Part shown: in pieces, positions 53,046 through 62,952 of the stretch
How positions within the stretch are numbered: the first letter of the stretch is position 1
How the letters are laid out: the number at the start of each line of letters is the position of its first letter
NCBI GenBank assembly: GCA_022841445.1
Contig: JALHRM010000001.1
Coordinates: 195,777 to 259,776 of the forward strand
Origin: Candidatus Saccharimonadota bacterium
GTDB taxonomy: Bacteria; Patescibacteriota; Saccharimonadia; Saccharimonadales; UBA10212
DNA length: 64,000 bases
Direction: 5' to 3'
Made by a program: the position numbers and the translations under genes
The notes under the pieces: model-generated
Database searches by the model: none
What the model saw: only the letters and a program-made list of their open reading frames with translations
What the model was told of the DNA's origin: nothing

Positions 53046-53861
53046 TTAAAGCTCCTCGGCAAACTTACGTGAACTCTTTCGGAAATACAAACCGGCCATC
53101 AGGGCAATCAAAATAACAACAAGATAGGATAACCAACGAGCGAGCGGCGTTCCAAAAACTTCTTGAGTAGTTATATAATCCGGAGTTATTATGGTTGTTC
53201 TTACGTCTTGAAAAATTTGAGCCAAAGGACTAAGAGCCATAATGTACAAGACCTTTTCTGGAACTTTATCAAAAGCATAAAGAATTGGCGTTGCGTAAAA
53301 AAGCACCTGCAAAACAACTTCCCATATATGGCCCATATCGCGAAACTTAACAAAAAGCGTCGCCAGCAAGAATGCCAAACCTAAGCTCAAAATTACTAAT
53401 TCGGCAATGAACGGCAGGGAAAGAAAAATACGTGAAGTAAAAGGAACTCCGCTTAGCAGCATAAACGCAAAAACTACTATCATATTTAAAAAGAAGTTTA
53501 TTAGGGCAGATGCGGTCGTGCTAATAACAATCACATACTTTGGAATGCTTACTTTGCGAATTAGGTCTCCACGCCCCGTAATTGCGTTCATACCGTTAAC
53601 GGTAGCCTCCATAAAAAAGTTCCAAAGCACCAAGCCCAGAAGTAGATAAACAGGGTAGTAAGGCACGCTGTCGCCAAATCGAACTATACGCGTAAAAACT
53701 ATGTAAAGTACTCCAAAAAGCAATAGCGGTTTCAACAGCGACCAGACGTAACCTAACACCGAACCCTGGTATCTTAACTTAAAATCCGTGACCACGAGTT
53801 CACGAATTAAACTCATATTACTAGGTTTGAAAAAGTTGTTTATAAAAACCGCTGGCTTCAC
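53046..53861 (-). CDS. Polysaccharide export ABC-2 permease (Wzm/TagG-like)
   Basis: Six TM helices. YQGSVLGYVWSLLKPLL N-terminal motif. Adjoins the ATPase gene with no gap. Confidence 0.8.
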   Translation of the reverse strand: MKPAVFINNFFKPSNMSLIRELVVTDFKLRYQGSVLGYVWSLLKPLLLFGVLYIVFTRIVRFGDSVPYYPVYLLLGLVLWNFFMEATVNGMNAITGRGDLIRKVSIPKYVIVISTTASALINFFLNMIVVFAFMLLSGVPFTSRIFLSLPFIAELVILSLGLAFLLATLFVKFRDMGHIWEVVLQVLFYATPILYAFDKVPEKVLYIMALSPLAQIFQDVRTTIITPDYITTQEVFGTPLARWLSYLVVILIALMAGLYFRKSSRKFAEEL

Positions 53862-53862
53862 T

Positions 53863-55974
53863 CTATTTATACTTCCGCACTACTTGTTGAATATATTTTC
53901 TATTTGGCTGCATTGAGAGTTTCTTATAGTAGGAATCAAGTCTTTTTGCCACAGCACTCCAAGTATACATCTCCGCCGTTTTTAGACCAGCCCTTGACAG
54001 TCTCGCCCGAAGCTCTTGGTCTTCCAGTAAATGCTGCATGGTTTTTGCCAAGCCCTCAACATCGTCTTTTTCGACCATTAAACAGTTTTTTTGGTCAAAA
54101 CAAAAATCACGATTACCGTTTGCGTCTGTACAAATAACAGGGCACCCCGCGGCCATGGCTTCTACTAAGGGCAGGCCAAATCCCTCATGATACGAAGTGA
54201 GTACAAACGCCGTGGCCCGGTTATAAAGAATATTGGCTTCTTTGTCAGAGGGCCGAACCACATAGGATGCATTTTTATTCTTTTTGAGATTTATGGCACT
54301 AGGTTCATTACCAAACAAAAGCAGTTTAGGCTGATTATCAGACATTGACTGCCATGCTGCCAATGTCTGCTTAAAATTCTTCTGGAAAAAACTTCTACCA
54401 ACTGCAAGAAGCGTTGCCTTTTCTCTCCTTATGTCTTTAAGTGGCTTATAGGTATTTTCTTCGTACCCACAAGGTATGAGACTACCGTTAAGGCCCAATG
54501 AACGTATACCATCAAGAGTATAGCTACAAGAAATTATATTATTAAACTCTTTGCGATATGACGACGCAACCGAACTCTGCACTTCGGGATTATCTGGATA
54601 AAAAGCGGTTTCAACTTCGTGAATAATGAAAGCTGCAATCCCCTTATTAAGTGATGAAAGCCACACCGGAGCAGCCGTTTCCCACCATGTTGCAACCTTA
54701 ATAGCTTCTTCTTCAGAAAGTCGTTTAACCAAAGTTTCGTAGCTTTTAAATGTCCTTGTTTTTGTTCTAAGTTTTGTCCATGTAGGGGCTTTATCCAGCG
54801 CCCAAAGTTCAGTATCGTAGCCTAAGTCCTTCAGCTTATCCAGATGCTGGAATACTACCTTGTGGCCTCCGCTAACACCCGTAGACTGTAAGACATATAT
54901 GATTCGTAGCTTACCTTGCGCATTCCTCACATTTCGCTTATCAAACCAATTACCCCACTTCTCCCAAAAATATCGAACCGAGGCTTCTTCTTTGGGTTTT
55001 AGACTTGTATGCTTTGCACGGCTGACAGACTCGTGGTGAGTAAGTACGGCTTCAGGGAAGTAAAGACTTCGAATACTTTCGTTCCAGGCGCGAATACAAT
55101 AATCCATATCTTCAAAAGCAAACTGAAATTTTTCGTCAAGTATGCCGATTTTTTTGAAGGTTTTGTTTGTTATATACATGCAAGCGCCGGTTACACCAAT
55201 GCAGTATTGAGGGACACAGGCGGGCCCATAGTTTGCTGGCTTAAATCTAAAGTAGTGGTCAAACCACTCTGGATGTTCAGTATTTCTGTGCGATCCACCA
55301 CTTTGAATACGACCATCAGGATACAACAATTTTGGACCTACTATGCCCACATCTTTATGGTAATTATGGGCTGCAAACTGCAACGCCTCCAGCCATCCGG
55401 CGTGGGCTGTTGTGTCGCTATTGAGAAGTATGACTTCGCTTTTAGGGTAGCTATCTTGAACGTACCTCAGGCCTGTATTAACTGCTTTTGCAAACCCGCC
55501 ATTCTTCTTGCGGAAAATTACGTGGACATTTTCCGTTTTGGAAAATTTAGCAAGCTTATCACGGCTTTCCTTTGTGCAATAATCATCCACTACGACAATC
55601 TCTATAAGCTCTGCTTTTGTTGTCTCTTTTATACTTTTGAGACAGTCGTCCAGCAAGTCGTAGTCGTTGTAGCTTGGTATTACTACAACTACATGAAGTG
55701 CGTTTTGCTTATACCAATTTTCTATATGAGCCTTGCTGAAACCTGTTTTTATACCATTTGGAAATACAAGATTAACTCCGTCAGTGGGTGAATGTGCGGC
55801 TTTCTTGATTTCCTGTTTTACTCTTAGAAGAGCTTTTTTGGTACCGTATTTTTGATGGTATTTAGCAGCACTATGAGCCCACTCTGATGCAGACTTTTTT
55901 TTGTACTTAAAGTCCCTGTTTACTAGTTTTATTTTTGCCTTTTGGGCTAAACTAGTAATCGATTTACGTTTCAT
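53863..55974 (-). CDS. Two-domain glycosyltransferase (GT2 N-terminal + GT4/GT-B C-terminal)
   Basis: GT2: VVVIPSYNDYDLLDDCLKSI...VVVDD...GFAKAVN. GT-B: EGFGLPLVEAMAAGCPVI. Confidence 0.8.
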   Translation of the reverse strand: MKRKSITSLAQKAKIKLVNRDFKYKKKSASEWAHSAAKYHQKYGTKKALLRVKQEIKKAAHSPTDGVNLVFPNGIKTGFSKAHIENWYKQNALHVVVVIPSYNDYDLLDDCLKSIKETTKAELIEIVVVDDYCTKESRDKLAKFSKTENVHVIFRKKNGGFAKAVNTGLRYVQDSYPKSEVILLNSDTTAHAGWLEALQFAAHNYHKDVGIVGPKLLYPDGRIQSGGSHRNTEHPEWFDHYFRFKPANYGPACVPQYCIGVTGACMYITNKTFKKIGILDEKFQFAFEDMDYCIRAWNESIRSLYFPEAVLTHHESVSRAKHTSLKPKEEASVRYFWEKWGNWFDKRNVRNAQGKLRIIYVLQSTGVSGGHKVVFQHLDKLKDLGYDTELWALDKAPTWTKLRTKTRTFKSYETLVKRLSEEEAIKVATWWETAAPVWLSSLNKGIAAFIIHEVETAFYPDNPEVQSSVASSYRKEFNNIISCSYTLDGIRSLGLNGSLIPCGYEENTYKPLKDIRREKATLLAVGRSFFQKNFKQTLAAWQSMSDNQPKLLLFGNEPSAINLKKNKNASYVVRPSDKEANILYNRATAFVLTSYHEGFGLPLVEAMAAGCPVICTDANGNRDFCFDQKNCLMVEKDDVEGLAKTMQHLLEDQELRARLSRAGLKTAEMYTWSAVAKRLDSYYKKLSMQPNRKYIQQVVRKYK

Positions 55975-56081
55975 ATTCCAATTTTTTACTCAATGTTAGT
56001 TATTGTTGGGTTTATCTACTTAGTAAATTATACCAAGTTAGTGCCGTTATCACCGCCTAGTGATTAAGATATACTATCAGA

Positions 56082-57032
56082 ATGGCTAATGTACTTATAT
56101 GTGGAGTAAACGGCTTTGTTGGTCGGCACTTGACAAAAGAACTGACTGCAAGGGGTGTTTCTGTTCATGGCATCGGCCGCGAAGAAGTTCCGTTAACTAG
56201 TAAGTTGTCTAGCTACCAGTCTGCGGATTTGTCCGATCCTAAAAATGTTTCTAATCTTCAGTTAATAAATTATGATTCGATAATAAACCTAGCAGGGCTT
56301 GCAAATGTAGGGGCTTCTTTTGCTAATCCTGAAATGTATATAGACCTGAACGTAAGAGTCCACACAACTCTCTATGATGCTTTAATAGAAAATAATATAC
56401 GTTCTCGAATAATTGCTGTTAGTTCTGGCGCCGTTTATGATCCGTTTTCACCAATGCCATTGGGTGAAAGTTCGCCTCTGGCTGAGGAGCAAGCAACAAA
56501 TCCATACTCCATAAGTAAGCAACGAATGGAAAAAGCATTGCTGAATTACTCCGGGTCTGGCCTTGAGTGTATTGTTGTGCGACCATTCAACCATACTGGA
56601 CCAGGCCAACTTCCGGGTTTTCTTGTTCCGGATTTGTCTGCACAGATTAAAAAATTTGTGAAGAGTGGAGAAACAATACAAGTTGGAAATCTTAATACGA
56701 AACGTGACTACACTGATGTTCGAGATATTGTAAAAGCTTACGCAGACCTAGCACTCGCCCCTAAGGACACAATAAAAAACAGCCTATACAATATTTGTAG
56801 TGGCAGAAGTCGATCGGGAGAAGAAATACTCAGAAATCTACTTACTGCGTTCGAAATTAACGAAAATGATGTAAGCATACAGGTCGACAAGTCAAAAATC
56901 CGACCAAACGAAATTAAGGATATATTTGGAGATTACTCACGAATCAATGAAGATGTCGGCTGGAGTCCGACATATGACCTTGAAACAACTATGCGTGATT
57001 TTGCCAAGTGGGAATCAAGTAGAGAGGTCTAG
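56082..57032 (+). CDS. NAD-dependent epimerase/dehydratase, probable GDP-4-dehydro-6-deoxy-D-mannose reductase (Rmd-like)
   Basis: VLICGVNGFVGRHL, YSISKQ (YxxxK), FNHTGPGQ. Convergent partner of gmd. Confidence 0.55.
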   Translation: MANVLICGVNGFVGRHLTKELTARGVSVHGIGREEVPLTSKLSSYQSADLSDPKNVSNLQLINYDSIINLAGLANVGASFANPEMYIDLNVRVHTTLYDALIENNIRSRIIAVSSGAVYDPFSPMPLGESSPLAEEQATNPYSISKQRMEKALLNYSGSGLECIVVRPFNHTGPGQLPGFLVPDLSAQIKKFVKSGETIQVGNLNTKRDYTDVRDIVKAYADLALAPKDTIKNSLYNICSGRSRSGEEILRNLLTAFEINENDVSIQVDKSKIRPNEIKDIFGDYSRINEDVGWSPTYDLETTMRDFAKWESSREV

Positions 57033-58018
57033 AGTTTTGCTCCTTCAATAGACAGATCATGTTCTACCATCATCTTAACAAGTGCAGGGAAGTCAACTTT
57101 ACGCTTCCAGCCAAGCTCTTTTTCGGCTTTAGCCGGGTTACCAAGAAGTAAATCTACTTCAGCGGGACGCTCGAAAGCCTTGTCTAAAACAACATAGGAT
57201 GACCAATCACTTACGCCAATTTCATTAAAAGCAAGGTCTAAAAAATCCCGTATGGAATGCGTTTCTCCGGTAGCAAGAACATAGTCGCTTGGCGTATCTT
57301 GTTGCAACATTCTCCACATACCCTCCACATAGTCGCCAGCGTAACCCCAATCTCTTTTGGCGTCTAGGTTGCCTAGGTGTAGGTCTTTTTGGGCGCCAAG
57401 CTTAATGCGCGCAACAGCATTGCTGATTTTTCTTGTAACAAACTCCACTCCTCGACGAGGGCCTTCGTGATTAAACAAGATGCCGTTCACGGCAAACATA
57501 TTATAGCTTTCACGGTAATTTACAACAGACCAGTAACCATATAATTTAGCCACACCGTACGGACTCCGAGGATGAAAGATTGATGACTCATCATAGCCCT
57601 TTTCTGGACGATTGTAGGCGAGACCTCCAAACATTTCACTTGTTGATGCTTGATAAAATCGCACCGACTTTTCAGCCCCAGAAAGCCGTATAGCTTCCAA
57701 GATGTTTATAACTCCCTGACCAGTAACCTGTGCGGTAAGTTGTGGATTCATAAATGAATATCCGACATGACTAACTGCAGCTAGGTTATATACCTCGTCC
57801 GGTAGCGACAATTGCACTGCGCGCACCATGGAAGATGTATCTAGAAGATCTGCTTCAATAAGTTGAACAAAGGGAAATTCTGCTTCAAAAACTTCACGCT
57901 TCGGATTTCTTTGGCCCCGGATTATACCGAAAACTTCGTAGCCTTTTTCGTGTAGAAGATGGGCGAGATGACCACCATCCTGACCAGTCACTCCGGTAAT
58001 AAGAGCCTTTTTTGCCAT
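57029..58018 (-). CDS. gmd: GDP-mannose 4,6-dehydratase
   Basis: KKALITGVTGQDGGHLAHLL, QASTSEMFG, SPYGVAKLY, LFNHEGPRRG. Confidence 0.93.
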   Translation of the reverse strand: MAKKALITGVTGQDGGHLAHLLHEKGYEVFGIIRGQRNPKREVFEAEFPFVQLIEADLLDTSSMVRAVQLSLPDEVYNLAAVSHVGYSFMNPQLTAQVTGQGVINILEAIRLSGAEKSVRFYQASTSEMFGGLAYNRPEKGYDESSIFHPRSPYGVAKLYGYWSVVNYRESYNMFAVNGILFNHEGPRRGVEFVTRKISNAVARIKLGAQKDLHLGNLDAKRDWGYAGDYVEGMWRMLQQDTPSDYVLATGETHSIRDFLDLAFNEIGVSDWSSYVVLDKAFERPAEVDLLLGNPAKAEKELGWKRKVDFPALVKMMVEHDLSIEGAKL

Positions 58019-58067
58019 TTAGAGTCTCCGTTTTTAAATACTAGTTTGCTGGTTTACCATTATAACA

Positions 58068-59174
58068 GTGAAGATAGTCATTGATGCAAGGATACTTCGA
58101 ACCAGTACCGGCCGCTATGTGGAGCGACTGCTTCATTATTTACAACTAATCGACAGTCGCAATAGTTACATCGTTTTATTATTAAAAAAGGATTATGCCA
58201 GCTGGACTCCCAGCAATAAAAATTTCACAAAACAGATGGCCGACTACCCGCTATACAGCAAAAGAGCCCAGCTAAGCCTTACGCGTCAGCTCAACAGGCT
58301 ACATGCAGACTTGGTGCATTTTCCGTTCCAGATGGTGCCTGTGCTGTACCGAAGACCGTACGTCGTTACCATTCATGATCTAACGCAACTGCGATTCCAA
58401 AATCCCGGAAAAACCAAAACTTTAATTGGCTACAGTCTAAAACAAAAACAACTGGCTCTAAATATTAAATGGGCGTTAAGAAACGCCAAGATTGTAATAG
58501 CGCCCAGCAAATACGTAAAATCCGATCTTGTACATTTTGCCCCCAAGGTCTCGAAATCCAAGGTTTTCGTTACATACGAAGGAGTCGATATTGACTCAAC
58601 AAATGCCCTCCCCCCTTCCCCTATTAATAATTTGACAAATAGAGATTTTATTCTATATGTCGGTACTGCTCACGCCCACAAAAACCTGGAGTTACTGCTT
58701 CGGGCATTTGCAATAGTAAAAAAACGCCACCCCGCCCTTCAGCTTGTGCTTGCCGGTAATCAAGATGCTATTTACAAAAAATTTATTGAGGAAGTTCGAT
58801 CGATTACCCCGGCCGACACCCATTTTCTAGGATATGTAAGCGATGCTGGGCTGGCGTGGCTCTACGAAAAGGCCAAACTCTATGTCTTTCCATCACTCAG
58901 CGAGGGATTTGGCCTGCCCGGATTGGAGGCTATGAGCAAAGGTTTGCCGGTAGTAAGCAGCTCGGCAACCTGCCTCCCCGAAATTTATGGCGACGCAGCC
59001 GCTTATTTTGATCCACAAAATCCTCAGCAAGCAGCTCACATTATTGACCGAGTTCTTACCGATATCCCCCTCCGCAGCGAACTGATCAAAAAAGGTCACG
59101 CCCAAGCCAAGCATTACTCGTGGCAAAAAATGGCGGAACAAACCCTGAAGCTTTATGAAGATAGCGCTTCCTAG
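58068..59174 (+). CDS. Glycosyltransferase family 4
   Basis: PSLSEGFGLPGLEAMSKGLPVVSS (E-x7-E region). GTG start. Confidence 0.8.
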   Translation: MKIVIDARILRTSTGRYVERLLHYLQLIDSRNSYIVLLLKKDYASWTPSNKNFTKQMADYPLYSKRAQLSLTRQLNRLHADLVHFPFQMVPVLYRRPYVVTIHDLTQLRFQNPGKTKTLIGYSLKQKQLALNIKWALRNAKIVIAPSKYVKSDLVHFAPKVSKSKVFVTYEGVDIDSTNALPPSPINNLTNRDFILYVGTAHAHKNLELLLRAFAIVKKRHPALQLVLAGNQDAIYKKFIEEVRSITPADTHFLGYVSDAGLAWLYEKAKLYVFPSLSEGFGLPGLEAMSKGLPVVSSSATCLPEIYGDAAAYFDPQNPQQAAHIIDRVLTDIPLRSELIKKGHAQAKHYSWQKMAEQTLKLYEDSAS

Positions 59175-59635
59175 GCTCCTTTTTCGGCTGGACTTAAAAC
59201 AATGTGGCGATCTCGACCTTCACCCTCTGAGTCGCTTTTGAGGCCATACTCTACGGCAGCCTTATGAATAACACGTCGGTCAGCAGCATTCATAGGAGCC
59301 AATGATTTCGACTCACCACTTTCTTGAACTTGCTTAAACCAAGCTTCTGCTCTCTGCACTAAACGTTCAGCTTGGTGTTTCTTGTAATCCGCAACATCAA
59401 CGTTTACTCTCGTCTGCTCAAATCCCTGATTCTTTAGCGCCATGCTGGTCATATATTGCAGTGAACGCATAGTGTCACCACGCTGCCCAATCAAAAAACC
59501 ATTGAGATGTGTTGATGGAATATGCAGCTCTATTACCTCACCGTCTTCGGTGGTGGCATATACATCCGTATTAAGCCCAAAAAACGACAGCATGTCTTCC
59601 ATATATTTCTTGGCGTATGCAATGGCTTCTTCCAT
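59171..59635 (-). CDS. Jag/KhpB-type RNA-binding protein (KH + R3H domains)
   Basis: GFLIGQRGDTMRSLQY (KH-like), and RRVIHKAA...SDSEGEG..R.V (R3H). Conserved position downstream of yidC. Confidence 0.8.
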   Translation of the reverse strand: MEEAIAYAKKYMEDMLSFFGLNTDVYATTEDGEVIELHIPSTHLNGFLIGQRGDTMRSLQYMTSMALKNQGFEQTRVNVDVADYKKHQAERLVQRAEAWFKQVQESGESKSLAPMNAADRRVIHKAAVEYGLKSDSEGEGRDRHIVLSPAEKGA

Positions 59636-60640
59636 TTAACGTCTCCTCTTTTTACGCTTAGCTTGAGTCGACTTTTTCTTTGGTTTTGAATTTTCAGTAA
59701 CATTTTGCTTGGTCTCAGCTTCAAGATCGGTTTCTGACAGATATGTTACGGTTGTTCTGGTCTTGGATGGTTTTTTGGATGTGTCCTTTTTTGCTTCAGC
59801 TTTCTTCTTGGATTTCGTTTCGGCAAGCGACTCCAGTTCAACGGTGTCATCGCGCAAAATAATAGTCTGCTGCACCAGAGCAACTAGTGCACTCACAAAC
59901 CAGTAAAGTGGCAGTGCTGCGGCAAATCCTAACGAAAACACGAAAATAAATATCGGTATTAGATACACCGTGCCCTTGCCTACTGCGGCACTCACCTCTT
60001 GCTGGTCAGCTTTTTTACCTACTTTGGCATCACGCATTATTGAGCGCAGCGAACGAGCGTCTTTATCATTCGGCAGCAGTTGCTTGCTCTGGTAGTACTG
60101 GGCAATAGCAGTAGCAATCACCAATATCATAGCCGGCCAGTATATGCCCGTTGTGTCCACCGCTTTTCGAGTTAGATCTATAACTCCAAACAGTGTTGCA
60201 TCAAACTGAGAAATGTTTTGGGCGAGCGTCTGCATCCAGTCGAGATTCGCTACCCAGGGGTATGAAAAATCAATGATGTTCTTAGGGTCATCGACAATGC
60301 GCTTTATACCATAATACAGTCCGAGTAGTATCGGTAGCTGCACCAGGAGAATACCAATTGAACTGAATGGATTGATCTGACGCTCCTTATAGAGCTCCAT
60401 GACCATGCGCGATTCTTTTTTGCGATCCCCCTTTGCCTTCTGCTTGATAAGCTTCACTTCAGGCTGCAATGCCCGCATAGCCTTAGCGTGGTGTAGTTGC
60501 TTTTTGACCAATGGCCACATCGCCATCCGCACCAAAACAGTAAACAATACAATTGCTAGCCCAAAATTATGCCCCGGAATAAGTGCATAGATAATAACAA
60601 GGAGGTTAAAAATTGGTTGTACGACGAGCAACGTAAACAT
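59636..60640 (-). CDS. yidC: Membrane protein insertase YidC (short monoderm type with Lys-rich tail)
   Basis: Five TM helices. MWPLVKKQ and QINPFSS motifs. Basic C-terminal tail KKKSTQAKRKKRRR. Confidence 0.88.
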   Translation of the reverse strand: MFTLLVVQPIFNLLVIIYALIPGHNFGLAIVLFTVLVRMAMWPLVKKQLHHAKAMRALQPEVKLIKQKAKGDRKKESRMVMELYKERQINPFSSIGILLVQLPILLGLYYGIKRIVDDPKNIIDFSYPWVANLDWMQTLAQNISQFDATLFGVIDLTRKAVDTTGIYWPAMILVIATAIAQYYQSKQLLPNDKDARSLRSIMRDAKVGKKADQQEVSAAVGKGTVYLIPIFIFVFSLGFAAALPLYWFVSALVALVQQTIILRDDTVELESLAETKSKKKAEAKKDTSKKPSKTRTTVTYLSETDLEAETKQNVTENSKPKKKSTQAKRKKRRR

Positions 60641-60695
60641 GCTTAGAGCGCCCCTTTTTCAGCTACTACTATAGCACAGGCTAAGAAGTTGGGGG

Positions 60696-61055
60696 CTAGT
60701 TTTGAGACTTTGCCTGCTTATGGGCTACGTGTAGTTGCCTGGCAATCTCGTTTTTTAGATCGCCAAACGCAAGAATTGTCACCGAATCTTGAAATACCGT
60801 AATCATCACGTCGTAGCCGGCCAGTCTTGTCAGGTCTTGGGCAGAAATTGCCTCGTAGACACGACGACGAATGCGATTTCGGACGACAGCTGATTTACTC
60901 ACCTTTTTACTTACCACTACTGCCGCATGAAAGCCGCCTGAATCGACACCGCGAACGATGCGCACACTAAACAAAGAACCACGAACAATATTGCTTCTTT
61001 TATATAGTCGTTTCAAACCCTGCGGACCGTGAAATCGGTTTTGCCTGGCGAGCAT
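60696..61055 (-). CDS. rnpA: Ribonuclease P protein component
   Basis: 119 aa, basic. AVVRNRIRRRVYEA (RNR motif). Position between rpmH and yidC. Confidence 0.85.
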   Translation of the reverse strand: MLARQNRFHGPQGLKRLYKRSNIVRGSLFSVRIVRGVDSGGFHAAVVVSKKVSKSAVVRNRIRRRVYEAISAQDLTRLAGYDVMITVFQDSVTILAFGDLKNEIARQLHVAHKQAKSQN

Positions 61056-61085
61056 TAGCAGCTACCCCCACTTAACTTAGGTGAT

Positions 61086-61223
61086 TTAGTGGGTCAATCG
61101 CGCGCGGCCTTTTAGTCGTCGTCGACGCAGTACGGTCCGTCCAGCGCTCGTCGCCATTCGCTTCAGAAAACCATGTTCCCGAGAGCGCTGACGCTTTTTT
61201 GGTTGATATGTTCGTTTTGGCAT
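61086..61223 (-). CDS. rpmH: 50S ribosomal protein L34 (45 aa; below the ORF-track cutoff)
   Basis: Minus-strand translation: [45 protein letters not shown]. Confidence 0.92.
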   Translation of the reverse strand: MPKRTYQPKKRQRSREHGFLKRMATSAGRTVLRRRRLKGRARLTH

Positions 61224-61560
61224 GATTTCTCCATTAATCCAACAATATTGTTTTCTGCTTTAAGTTAAGATTATATCCCTTACTAAGTATTTCCGCTAAG
61301 CCCAATAAGGTCTTACGTGGTCAGAATTGTAGCTATAAGGTTAAATTAACAATGTTAACCCACAAATAATACCAAGTTTTCCACTAATATTCAACATTTT
61401 TCCACATAATTAACAGATGGAGAATATTACTGTGCATAAAACTTCTCTATATTCAATAATTTTTAGTAATGTAATTTTCACGGCTTTGTTTCTGTGGAAA
61501 AGTAACTCCTTTTTCGCTATAGTACTGTTCATCTCTAGTTAGAAAAGTTGGGGGATTATT
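61224..61560. other. oriC / dnaA promoter region with DnaA-box-like 9-mers and an AT-rich stretch
   Basis: TTTTCCACT at 61377-61385, TTTTCCACA at 61398-61406, TGTGGAAAA at 61493-61501 (inverted). AT-rich segment at about 61450-61480. Lies between rpmH and dnaA. Confidence 0.7.
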
Positions 61561-62952
61561 TTGGGAGATGCTGAGCAAAATGGACTGTGGCAAGCGCTCC
61601 TCGGCGAGATTGAACTAACAGTCTCTCGGGGGAGTTTTGTGACGTGGTTCAAAAACACCCGCCTCATCGAACAGTCTGACGAAAAGTTGATAGTTGGCGT
61701 ACCTAACATTTTTGTTAAAAGCCAGCTTGAGCACAAGTTTAATCAACTCATTGCGGAAGTATTACAAAAGAATGGTGTCGGCACAAAGACTATAGAATAT
61801 CGAATCCAGAGCGCCAGCCCATCATCGAGACAACGCGATAACAAAAACACACCTCAGCTCGTTTCGGTGTCACCACGAAATGACACACCCGCCCATATGA
61901 AGCAAAGTCCGCTCGGCAACGTTAGTCACGGCTACCGCCAAGGCTTAAACGAACGCTACATTTTTGAAACATTTGTGGTCGGCTCTAGTAACGAACTCGC
62001 CTATGCCGCCTGTCAGGCTATTGCTGCTTCGCCTGGCACAAAATACAATCCACTATTTATATATGGTGGTGTGGGTATTGGTAAAACTCACCTCATTCAG
62101 GCGGTTGGCAATCAAGTAATTACAGATAATAGCAAGGCACGAGTGGTGTATGCCTCAACCGAGCAATTTGTTCAGGAATTTGTTGACGCTCTTCGCTTCA
62201 AAAAGACCACCGATTTTGCCAAGCACTATCGGAGCGCTGATGTGCTTATTGTTGACGACATGCAGTTTATTGCCGGCAAAGAAAAGATTCAAGAAGAATT
62301 CTTTCATACCTTTAACGCACTCCATCAAGCCAACAAACAAATTATCATTAGTAGCGATAAACCACCGAAAGAAATCCCCACCCTTGAAGATCGACTAAGG
62401 AGTCGATTTGCCTGGGGTATGACTATTGATATGCAAACTCCGGATTTTGAAACACGCTGCGCGATCCTACAAAGCAAGGCTAGCACCCATGATATATCCC
62501 TTCCAAACGACGTTGTTGAGTTTTTGGCCGAGCATGTACCGAACAACATTCGTGAGTTGGAGGGGGCGCTTAACCAGGTTTTGGCGTTTTGTGAAATGCG
62601 AAAAGTTGAACCAGAACTTGCTGTTGTGCGAGCAATATTTGGAAACGTCAGGGCTCGGCCCAAACACATCACCGCTCGGCAAGTAGTGGAGCGCACTGCG
62701 AAGATTTTTCAGGTCGGTGTCGAAGAAATGCTTGGACCAAAGCGTGATAAAGAAATTGTCCTCCCTAGGCAGGTTGCCATGTATATGCTCCGCTCTGAAC
62801 TACACCTTAGCTTCCCAAAAATTGCTCACGAACTTGGACGAAAAGACCACACAACAGCCATACACTCAGTAGAAAAAATTCAACGTGAAGCCGCACTGAG
62901 CAGTCACTTGCAGCAGCAAATCAATACAATTCGCGAGCGCATGTATGGATAG
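61561..62952 (+). CDS. dnaA: Chromosomal replication initiator protein DnaA
   Basis: GGVGIGKTHL (Walker A), LIVDDMQF (Walker B), RELEGAL, C-terminal KDHTTAIHSVEKI. TTG start preceded by GGGGGA. Confidence 0.95.
   Translation: MGDAEQNGLWQALLGEIELTVSRGSFVTWFKNTRLIEQSDEKLIVGVPNIFVKSQLEHKFNQLIAEVLQKNGVGTKTIEYRIQSASPSSRQRDNKNTPQLVSVSPRNDTPAHMKQSPLGNVSHGYRQGLNERYIFETFVVGSSNELAYAACQAIAASPGTKYNPLFIYGGVGIGKTHLIQAVGNQVITDNSKARVVYASTEQFVQEFVDALRFKKTTDFAKHYRSADVLIVDDMQFIAGKEKIQEEFFHTFNALHQANKQIIISSDKPPKEIPTLEDRLRSRFAWGMTIDMQTPDFETRCAILQSKASTHDISLPNDVVEFLAEHVPNNIRELEGALNQVLAFCEMRKVEPELAVVRAIFGNVRARPKHITARQVVERTAKIFQVGVEEMLGPKRDKEIVLPRQVAMYMLRSELHLSFPKIAHELGRKDHTTAIHSVEKIQREAALSSHLQQQINTIRERMYG

Noticed and set aside
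55009-55791. 260-aa plus-strand ORF, the longest unassigned ORF in the track
   Set aside because: It lies entirely antisense to the well-supported GT2/GT4 glycosyltransferase gene (53863-55974). The translation is Cys/Phe/Tyr/Val-rich with no motif, typical of a shadow ORF.
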